Part shown: positions 54,549 through 64,000 of the stretch, one piece after another | How the letters are laid out: the number at the start of each line of letters is the position of its first letter | Numbering within the stretch: the stretch's first letter is position 1 | Assembly (NCBI GenBank): GCA_036785375.1 | Contig: JAWMAR010000882.1 | Span: 1 to 64,000, forward strand | Source of the DNA: Leucoraja ocellata | Lineage: Eukaryota | Length of the DNA: 64,000 nucleotides | Direction: 5' to 3' | The notes under the pieces: model-generated | Database searches by the model: none | Told to the model about the DNA's origin: nothing | What the model saw: only the letters and a program-made list of their open reading frames with translations | Program-made: the position numbers and the translations under genes

Positions 54549-54680
54549 CCTCCAGTATCCCGGCATGCACGGGAGCCCGGGACCTCCAATGTCCCGGCAT
54601 GCACGGGAGCCCGGGTCCTCCAGCACCCGGCATGCACGGGAGCCCGGATCCTCCAGTATCCCGGCATGCACGGGACTCCC
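54549..54680. repeat. About 33-34 bp tandem repeat x4 resembling ZNF143/Staf sites
   Basis: Unit CCTCCAGTATCCCGGCATGCACGGGAGCCCGG with small variants, four copies. Confidence 0.8.
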
Positions 54681-55035
54681 AGAGGCGGACACCGATCGAC
54701 GTTGAAATCAAATCCGTCTAAAACATTTAACACTTTGTTTGTAGATTTTAAATTTAGATGAAATAATAATAAACGACGCGTTGCATCAAAGTCTAATTCA
54801 ACAGTTTCGTCGTAAATGTTGGAGAGGATCTAAGATAGAGGAGCAGGGGCGGTGGTGGCCACACGGGGCGCTGACGGCGGAGTAGGCGGCGGCGGACACA
54901 CGTGAGGCAGCCGACAGACAGACAGACCCAGACCGGGCCGGTCGTGGTCAACACAACACAACACCGCCGGTTACAGCTCCAGCCTCCACAGGCGCATTCC
55001 ACACCTGCAGCAGCAGCGGCGCCTCCGTCATCATC

Positions 55036-58000
55036 ATGCCGCGATCCCGGCGGGACAAGCGGGGTAAGAGCGCGGCCCAGACACCACCGATGCCGGACTC
55101 GTGAGCGGAGTGTTGGGGGAACTGTGAGCACAGATGCAGTGGCGCAGCGGGTAGAGACCAAAGATCCTAGAGTGCTCTAGGATCTTTGCCTGAGACCCCG
55201 CAGGGTTCGATCCCGACCTCGGCTGTTGTCTTGTATGTGTGTGGAGTTAGCACTGGGTTTCCTTCAGGTGTTCCGGTTTCCTCCAACATCCCAAAGTTTC
55301 GGCCCGAAACTTTTTTCTATTTCCTTCGCTCCATAGATGCTGCTGCACCCGCTGAGTTTCTCCAGCTTTTTTGTGTACCTTCCCAAAGATGTACGTGGTT
55401 TGTAGGTTAACTACTAGGCTAATCCATTTCTCGAATGGATGAGAAACTAATGTGCTTAAGAAGGAACTGCAGATGCTGGAGAAACTCAGCGGGTGCAGCA
55501 GCATCTATGGAGCGAAGGAAATAGGCAACATTTCGGGCCGAAACCCTTCTTCAAACTAATGTGAACTGGTTGATCGATGGTCGGCGTGGGCATAAGGTTT
55601 ACATGCCGTATCTCAAACTAAAAGATGTATCAGGACGACCCAACGATCTGAAGAATAATTTTACAAAATAAGAAAGATTCAACCAAAATTAAATCAGATT
55701 TTTATTTGGTCTCTGTTGGTAATCGTCGTTGTTTTTTGAATATCTTTCATGTATTTGTTCTATGTACCTTCAATGTTTCTCTTTCCCATGACTCGCAGTC
55801 TGAAGAAGGGCCTTGACCCAAATGTCACCCTTTTCTCCTAAGATACTGCCCAACCCACCAGCTTTTTGTGTCTCTCTTCTATCTGGTCTCTAAGTCTGTT
55901 GATTAAATCGCTGTATTAACTCAATACTTTTTTTATTTCTCCAGTTTCTTTGACCAAAACAACTAAGAAACGATTACAGGTCAAACAGAACTTAATCGAG
56001 GAGGTGAGTCTACAATCAATAGGCACCAATCAGACCGCTCCTATTAATATTCTCTGTTTTTATCCTCGTGCCACATACTAGGTTCCTGGGCGTCTCTCCT
56101 GTGGAAATGGCTCTCCACCCGCTTCTCATTCTTGCCCTCACTGCTTACAGAAACAAATTCAGCCAGCATATTTTGTCGTTGGTTGAAACTAGTTTAAAAA
56201 TATGTGAATACAATGATGTCGAATAGTTCCCACAACAGTTGATCTTAAAGTAAATTAACAACTATGTACATGATGTATCCTTTTAAAATATACACTAAAG
56301 AAAATATACTAAATGTTTTCCTCTTTCCCCATCCCCAGCTCTGAACCTCCTTGTCATTCTTCATCACCCTGACTCCATCTCCATGTATGTATTGCAGCTC
56401 TAAAAACCTCATAAATCAAGCACCCCCCCCCCCCACCACTCAATTGCATCATAGCAAAAACACGTAAATACAATTTTTGGAATTGTAAGGTGCTGTTGTT
56501 TAAGATTCATTATTATTTCTTCAACATTTCAGATAAAATCTCGAAAATGCTGCCAACATAGTTTGTTTTTCTTGTTACTGACACTTGTTTGCAATTTTTT
56601 TTAAGTTACGAAAATGTGTCGACATGTACACAAACCTCTTTGTCTTTTCTGTTGAGAACATGAGAAATAACAAACTGAAGGATATGCGATGTGCCTGGAA
56701 ACACAGCCGGTGAGATCCTATAGTTTTTTTTTTCCTTAATGATACTGGATGATTAATTAAGTTGCTTAACATGGGAACCATGTGTTGGTTAGCTCATTTG
56801 TCATGTAGAGGATGAATCAAATTAAACTATTCAGTCCCCTTGGGCATATTCTGCCGTTCAGTTCCATCATAGCTGATCTGTGTCGACAACACACCAAATT
56901 TAGGGACTATACTTGCATGTTTGGTTTTTCATCCAATTGTAACCAGAGAATCATCGAAATGTTCCCGTGCATGTACAATTTTCTTTTTGAGCCTTCCTGG
57001 GATTGATGTTTGACTCCCATGCCCATATCTTATCTGCATCCTGTTCCTTAGCAATATCATCAAATGCATGATGATTTTCTACATGTATGCTGGTGACCCT
57101 CAACTCCACACACGCTTGACCCTTTTGTCTAATTTCTTGCATGACATCCAGTAGTTGATGAGAATAAAGGCCATCTTCCATGTTGCATCATTCATGTAAT
57201 TCTGAGCTGTTTCTTCATGCCCATTTTCAACTTTCATTGCTTACCCCGTTTGATACTCTACGAGGCTATATTAAAGCCTGTTTAAATTAGATTAATTCCA
57301 TTTATTTACCTTCTATAACATGTTAGATTATTAAGTTGGTTAATCAATCTGTTTTCTAAATCTCTATGCCCCTTCTTAATTCCTAGATCACTATTAAAAC
57401 TCAAATGTAATTAACTCTTACATCGTATGTCTTCATGTTTCCCCACAATTAATTTTATTTACCGTAACTTTCTCTTTCCATCTATTTTAAGCCACTAAAA
57501 TGATTGTCGACAAACTTGCATGTAGTGGCTTCCTACTTCAATTTTTATGTTGAGAAACCAAGTGCCCAATACAGTCAGTTCCCTGAGGCCTTCCATCTCC
57601 TAGGTTTAGGTTTACTATTATCATGTGTAATGAGGTTCATGAAAAGCTTTGCATTGCATGCTAATCAATTCTCTATAACTATGCTGGAGTTTACCTGTCA
57701 ATTCTGTGATCATACTAATGTGATTTAGTTTAGTTTAAGGATACAGTGCGGAAACCGACCTTTCGTCCCACTGACCAGCGATCCCCCCAACTTTAACCCT
57801 CTCCTACAAACACTGGGGACAATTTACACTTATACCAAGCCAATTAATGTACAAACCTGAGAGATACAAAAAGCTGGAGTAACTCAGCGGGACATTATGT
57901 ATTTGGATTGTGGGAGGAAACCAAAGTTCTCGGAGAAAACCCACGCGGTCACGGGGATAATGTACAAACTCTGTATAGACAGTGCCAGTAGTTGGGATCG

Positions 58001-60224
58001 AACCCGAATCTCTGGCGCTGTAAGGCAGCAAATCTACCTCTGCAGCTCCGTAATCTATGTTTCTATAAGCTCTCTTTTATGCCCCTATGTAAAAGATTTC
58101 AAGATATTTTCTGTTGTACTTGTGCAGGTTCTTCTTGGGTAAAAATAAAGTGATGGTGGTGGCTCTGGGAAAAGGATCAGCAGATGAATATAAGGATGGT
58201 TTACACAAGGTGAGCTCTTGGCAACTGCCCGTGTACTGAATTGTTCAATGTATTTTGGCAGTACAATGGGTAAAGCTTTGAGGTTGATGGGGTTTATTTT
58301 TGTCATTTGTCACCCTAAAACTTCTCTATGACCTGTTGTATGTTTGGAGCAGCGTTTCTCAAACTTTTTACCCTTGCGGAACCCTTGAAATAATTTTGAT
58401 GTCTCGGGGAACCCCAATATAAAAATTATCTATCTTTATTAATCTCTTTCTCTTTCATAGTTCATAAGGCAAACATAATATCTTTTTCTGATAACTGGTT
58501 TAAGTAAAAAATAACTTGCGTTTTTCTCAAGCTTATTGACAATGGGGGGAAAAATAGAATCATACTGCTTGTTCAAAACTGAAGCAAATAAAGGCAAACA
58601 GAAGAACTAACCTTGGACGAGAGAGGGAGAGAAAACAACACACAAACTTTTTATAAACTAACAAAAGCATACATAAATAAACTTGATCAACTAACAAAAA
58701 TAAACAAACATACTTAAATAAATGTTTTAAATTCATATTATGGGTAAAAATTACTAAATAACGTGGGCGAATGAGGGACTGTGCCTGCACGCCACAGCCA
58801 GGGCTGATGGAGACCGTGCTTGCGCCTGTACTTGAGTGAGTCACTTGATAATACACAAATCCGTCACGTACAGCCCCTGACCACTAATGGCCGTTTCACA
58901 TGCAGTCTCACTACCTTACTTATGAAACCGTATAGCCATTGCAAAATATGCCATACGTGTATAATAAAATTACAAATATGAAATTAAACACAAAAATGAC
59001 TCAAAGATGCATTTACATATGATTAAAGGTAGACAAAATGCCGGAGTAACGCAGTGAGTGAGGCAGCATCTATGAGTAGGAATGGGCGACGTTTCGGGTC
59101 GAGACCGTTCTGCAGACTGATGTCGGGAGGGGATGGCAAAAAAATAATATTTCTCTCGGAGCACCTAGCGACCTCTCGCGGAACCCTAACGTTCCGGGGA
59201 ACCCTGGTTGAGAAACGTTGGTTTGGAGCATCAGCAATATTTGACATTGTCTCAAAAATGATCTTCCCTTTGTAGGTCAGTGCACAGCTAGAAGGTGAAG
59301 TTGGTCTCCTGTTCACTGATCGCACAAAGGCAGAGGTGATTGAGTAAGTTTCTTGATTTTCTTACTTTCTTTGACATACAATGTGCTTGTGTTCTTTTAT
59401 CGTGCCTCTGCCAACGCGCTCTCCACATCTTGATCAACAGGTGGTTTGCTCAGTACTCGGAATCTGATTTTGCACGGTCTGGGAACAAAGCTACGATGGC
59501 CATTACACTTGACGCTGGGCCACTACCACAATTCACTCACTCCATGGAGCCACAATTACGGAAACTTGGTTTACCGACCACGCTGAAGAAAGGTGCAGAA
59601 ATGATAACAATTACCCCTTTGCCAAGTATTTGATGAAGTTGATTATTTGATTAAAGATGTCAATTCATGTGATTGTCTTCTAGGTGTCGTGACATTGTTG
59701 AGTGATTATGACGTATGTAAAGAAGGTGCCTCACTGACACCCGAGCAAACACGCCTACTGGTTAGTACTATTATTTCAAATTTTGGCTTTTAATTTGTGG
59801 AATTACCACACCAGAAGGCTGAAAACCATGAATGAGGTGAACCCGAGGGATCTTTAATTTAGTTTTTAGTTTAATTGAGGGTGGGGTCTTTCACAAATCT
59901 GTCTACAATAATCTCATTCGGTTATAGTATTCACCAAAACACCAGCGCTTCTGCACCCACCCATTAAGATAACACACCAATATGTAGAAAAATGTGTCTT
60001 CCAAGTACAGAACATTTCTAAATGTTGAGCAACATTTGAGCAACCAAACACTAAATAATACTGGAATTAGGAAGTTTTCAAGACTTTTGTACTATTTGGT
60101 TGTCTTCTAGAAACTCCTTGGTATTGAGATGGCCACATTCAAAGTGACAATAAACTGCCTGTGGAATTCCAAGACTGGTGAATTTGAACAACTTGCTGTG
60201 AGTGATGATGGAAAAAGCAAATAA
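55036..60224 (+). CDS. MRTO4: mRNA turnover protein 4 homolog (60S ribosome assembly factor), 8 coding exons
   Basis: Exons 55036-55063 (MPRSRRDKR), 55945-56003, 56606-56709 ([15 protein letters not shown]), 58128-58209 (FFLGKNKVM), 59276-59343, 59441-59592 ([16 protein letters not shown]), 59684-59760, 60111-60224 (TAA). AATAAA at 60351-60356. Confidence 0.97.
55135..55620 (+). mobile_element. V-SINE with three nested insertions (30 bp palindrome, two Penelope termini)
   Basis: Penelope pieces at 55297-55380 (TSD TCCCAAAG) and 55455-55552 (TSD AAACTAATGTG). Confidence 0.75.
55159..55188. mobile_element. 30-bp TIR-only palindrome of the same family
   Basis: CAAAGATCCTAGAG-TG-CTCTAGGATCTTTG, perfect 14-bp arms. 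Confidence 0.65.
57725..58050 (-). mobile_element. V-SINE (HE1-like)
   Basis: Reverse complement of head, core and tail. Confidence 0.7.
58350..59220. mobile_element. Non-autonomous hAT (Charlie-like) DNA transposon with a nested Penelope piece at about 59028-59135
   Basis: TIRs CAGCGTTTCTCAA / TTGAGAAACGTTG, subterminal GGAACCC repeats, perfect 8-bp TSD GTTTGGAG (58342-58349, 59221-59228). Confidence 0.9.
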
Positions 60225-60929
60225 GTGGCAGAGATGGATGACTAGCAGGGAATTCAAGGGTTTTGTCCTATGCTTGACCTGTTAAAGTGACTGAACAATA
60301 CTATACACGAGAGAAGAATTTGTGGAAACCAACATCATTGCAACTTTTCTAATAAAAATGTTGAAACATAACAGACTTTTGGTTGAATCTCACCAAGTGA
60401 AGTAATAATGGTGAATTGACTTTTGTACTGGCATCTGGGTAATTTAACAATGAAACATGTCATTGATTATATAAAGATAATCTCTTCAATGCATTTGAGG
60501 ACTTTGCACCCAATGGATGCTTCTGAAATATAGTCAGTTGTAAGAAGCAACTAACGTGGACAACAATATACTATGGTCAGAAAGCAAAATGGGAAGACTT
60601 GTCCTTGAGTGATCTATCAATGTCCTTGTAATAATGAGCCAGATAGGACCTCCAAAGGTACAATGTTCCATCTATAACAATTGAGTTCCACTTTTCAACA
60701 AAATGCCAGTCACATTTGTGCTCCAATCCTGAATGTGTGCTATATATGAATGAGTCATAACAGCCTTAATATCAATTTTCTACTATGTATGTATGACCAA
60801 TCACTATCATTAGAAGTTTTTTAATCCACATGCAATGCCAGGTAGCATTTGTACACTTTACTCCACAACTGAAGGGGTTATAGTGATACTGTACATTCAG
60901 GAAAGCAGGTGCACAGTTGACCTGTGTCA

Positions 60930-61210
60930 GGATTCACAGTGGCAGTGGTAAACGTGCCATCTCACAGTCAGTGTCCAGGGTTCAATCCTGACCTTGTGTT
61001 GTCTCTACAGAATTTGTACCTTCTCCCTTTGACAATGCCCGTTTTCTCCAGGTGCCCCGGTTTACTCCCACACTCCAAAGACATGCAGGTTTGTAGGTTA
61101 ATTGGCTTCTGGAAATTATCTCTAGTGTGTAGGAGTGAAATAGTGTACCAGTGATCGTTGGTTGGCGTGAGCCAAAGGGCCTGTTTCCAAGCTATATCTG
61201 TAAAGTCTAA
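60930..61210 (+). mobile_element. V-SINE (HE1-like)
   Basis: Head GGTTCAATCC, V core, tail GGGCCTGTTTCC. Confidence 0.7.
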
Positions 61211-62190
61211 ATCTCAAAGGGGTGAACTATAGATTTGAACAAACTGCGCAAAATAATATCACTACTTTCTGTGTATTGATCCGGTTTGAGTGAATCATCC
61301 TAGTAGGAATGAGAAAACAACTGATATCAAATGCAAAAAGGAATCAATTGTTTTTATTCAAGCAAACAAAGCAAATATAATGTGTTGCCAACAAGGCTGG
61401 GATGCTACGTGATTTTAGATTACAGATCCCAGCCAGCCAATCCTTATTCTGTCATTTTTCAAAGCAGCTCAGCAACATCCAAGGGTCAAGACACTTGAAC
61501 ATAACCCACTGCTATCAGGCTCCTTAAACTACACTCAGCTCATGGAATGTATTCCCTTTACCAGGTTATACTTGACTTTTTTAATTCCTATTTCAATTCG
61601 TGGTCCATGTTAACTGACATGGCATCCACCTGCCATGTCTCAACATTCGCTCAGTAAACTGAGCCCTTGGCTGGAGGTGGAGCATGTGACCTGACCCACC
61701 TCAGCTTGATTGATGGTGTATTTTCCTTTGGCAATGATTCTCAACTATCCCCATTTTAGGGGCAAGAGTTCAAACCAAGGCAAAAACTATTGGTGAGAAA
61801 ATTACAATTTCCAAGCTGCCAGCTGGGAACTGAAATGTCACAAAAACTATTAAGGTCACTGTCTTAATTTAAATTGCCCCAGAAATCTGGTAAACGAAGA
61901 TATGAGCATATAATGTGCACAACATCTCTTCCCACTCACCACCCCAATCCACGTTGATCTAGATTGAACCAGAGACCCCATTGTTTTCCGGTGTGCAGTG
62001 TGCTGACAAGGCTTGGCTGGGCTGGATTACTGATCAACAGAATCGCCTGGCAATGCAAAGGCTGGGCAGCTCCATCTCCCAGCACTAAGGGGCATCATCA
62101 GTGAGTGGAAGGTGGCTGGCTCAGTAAATGGCAGGCTACTCCACTGATCCAGACACCTTCCAAATTAAAACAATTGTAAGTACTCCTGTA

Positions 62191-62330
62191 GGTAGACACA
62201 AATTGCTGGAGTAACTCAGAGGGTGAGGCAGCATCTATGGAGAGAAGGAATGGGTGACGTTTCGGGTTGAGACGCTTCTTCAGACTGATGTCGGGGGTGG
62301 GGGTGGGGATGGGGAAAGATAGAAAGTAGG
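62191..62330 (-). mobile_element. Penelope terminal repeat
   Basis: Reverse complement of the CTGAAGAAG..CCCGAAACGTCACCCATTCC..GATGCTGCC..CTCCAGC family. Confidence 0.75.
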
Positions 62331-62452
62331 CATAAATATGTAGTGCAGTCTCACTACCTTGCTTATGAAGCAAGAAAACTATAGAGCACAAATCAAAGCC
62401 ACTGTTATATTGCAAAGACAATATAGATCCTACTTCTTGATGAAGAACCAGA

Positions 62453-62985
62453 GATGTGACTTAAGAAGACAAATAGATGAACAACAGAAAAGGCTTAAAC
62501 GATGCAAAGCATGGTTATATAAATGTATGACAATGAGTAAAAAGCTGCTAATAGAAAAGTCTAAACAAGAGCGCTTGTCGGTCGAGACAAAAATATGCAG
62601 GACCAATTGCGACTAGGACACTTCACTACAGTCCAGCATGGAGCCTCCTTCACTGAGCAAAGAACAGATGGTTATGCATTTCAGAATCTTGTTAAACAAC
62701 AAGAGCGGATAAATACGCAGCGCGAGGAAATTGTGCGACAGAGGAAGCTGCTAGCAAAAAAAAAACCTGCAGCCATGTGTCAGATGCCACCTACAAATAA
62801 TGAACAGAAACAGGAAAACAAAGCATATGAAGCAGAAAATGAAATGTGAACTTTAGCAGAATATCAGTAACAGGAAGAAATCTTCAAATTAAGATAAGGA
62901 CATTTAAAAAGGGAAGAGGCAGAGATACGGGCAGAGCTAGAGCGATTAGAGAGTTTGCAATTTACACAGGGAACGGAAAATTATA
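62453..62985 (+). pseudogene. TLK2: Processed tousled-like kinase (TLK2-like) fragment, coiled-coil region
   Basis: [25 protein letters not shown] / [82 protein letters not shown]; no introns, with frameshifts and stops. Confidence 0.9.
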
Positions 62986-63244
62986 ACACAAAGCAAGGGG
63001 TAATGTATTTGGTTTAAGGAAGATGGGTGGAACGAAAAAATTATGTGCTAAGTTTAGATATGATTATTACAGCTATGAGGATGTATTGTAAGATTAGTTC
63101 AATAATACAATTTTGCAACAGTGTATTAATCAATTATATTTCAGGTAAAGAGTATATACCGTGAAGGTGAAATTGAGCTACCTGCCACCAAGTTAAAAGG
63201 GGAGGAGTGCTATGTATGAAATAGAAATTGTGTTACCTGCCTCC

Positions 63245-63420
63245 AAGTTAAAGGGGGAGGAGTGTTATGTGTGAAATATAATTAACATATTTGATGTCTT
63301 GCATAATGATACGCATGCGCAGGAGAGACTCTAGGTGGCGTTCAGAATAAAGAAGCTTGTTAGTTAACTCCCGTGTCCGAGTTTTATTTAAAGTCCGTTA
63401 CCAGCACCAAATACACAACA
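63245..63420 (+). mobile_element. LTR retrotransposon 3' end: polypurine tract plus 158 bp LTR (63263-63420)
   Basis: AAGTTAAAGGGGGAGGAG directly followed by TGTTATGT...ACACAACA (TGTT/AACA termini) with an internal AATAAA; the PPT block is tandemly duplicated at about 63178-63228. Confidence 0.7.
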
Positions 63421-64000
63421 AGGGGATAGAATCTTGACAGGAGGTAGGGTGGGAAGAAGTGTAGTCAAGATACCTATGGGAGTCAATAGGTTTGTAGTTG
63501 ATGTCGGTCAATAGTCTGCTGCCTGCTTAGGAGACGGTGAGATCTAGAAACGGTAGGGAGATGTCGGAAATGGTCCAGGTGAATTTGAGTGCCGGGTGGA
63601 AATTAGTGGCGAAGTGGATGATCAGTCTGATTATGGGTCTCGACCCGAAATGTCACCCATTCCTTCACTCCATAGATGCTGCCTCACCCGCTGAGTTTTC
63701 CAGCTTTTTGTGTACCTTTGATTTTTCCAGCATCTGCAGTTCTTTCGTAAACAAGTGGATGAAGTCAGTGAGTTCTGCATGGGTGCAGAGGTAGCACCAA
63801 TGCAGTCGTCAATGGAGCGGAGGTAGAGTTTGGGGACAGGGCCAGTGTGTGCCTGGAACAAGGATTGTTCGACGTACCCTACAAAGAGGCAGGCGTAGCT
63901 GGGCCCATGCGAGTGCCCATAGCTACGCCTTGGATTTGGAGGAAATGGGAAGAATCAAAGAAGAAGTTGTTATGGGTAAGGAGCTGCTCTGCTAGGTGGA
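63421..64000 (-). mobile_element. Penelope-like element reverse transcriptase fragment (degenerate)
   Basis: Minus translation [78 protein letters not shown] gives PLE RT motifs (YIDD mutated to SIDD); interrupted at 63622-63752. Confidence 0.9.
63622..63752 (+). mobile_element. Short Penelope-terminus element inserted into the Penelope RT
   Basis: Same repeat family as the other copies; TSD AAGTGGATGA at 63612-63621 and 63753-63762. Confidence 0.85.

Noticed and set aside
54549-54680. Regularly spaced repeats resembling a CRISPR array
   Set aside because: Eukaryotic context, no unique spacers and no cas genes; it is a minisatellite.
61340-62190. Possible 3' UTR of a downstream minus-strand gene (AATAAA at 61353-61358; AKR7A expected by synteny)
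   Set aside because: No coding exon recognised, and a lone hexamer is insufficient.

Overview
Vertebrate genomic DNA, most likely a cartilaginous fish (skate/ray; inferred from HE1/V-SINE-like, CR1 and Penelope repeats). It holds the conserved UBR4-EMC1-MRTO4 block: the first 19 coding exons of UBR4 (minus, running off the left edge), a complete EMC1 (minus, 22 coding exons found, about 959 aa) and a complete MRTO4 (plus, 8 exons) head-to-head with EMC1. Introns are dense with CR1 and Rex1/Babar LINE fragments, tRNA-derived SINEs and DNA transposon relics. Most notable: about 25 short Penelope-like termini carrying a minimal hammerhead-ribozyme motif, several as TSD-flanked fold-back palindromes (arms up to 245 bp); two 30-31 bp TIR-only palindromes beside start codons; a ZNF143/Staf-like tandem array in the EMC1/MRTO4 promoter; and an IQ-repeat + TLK2 retrocopy joined to an LTR 3' end, nested in a Penelope element. 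All calls were made by eye, and repeat boundaries are approximate.
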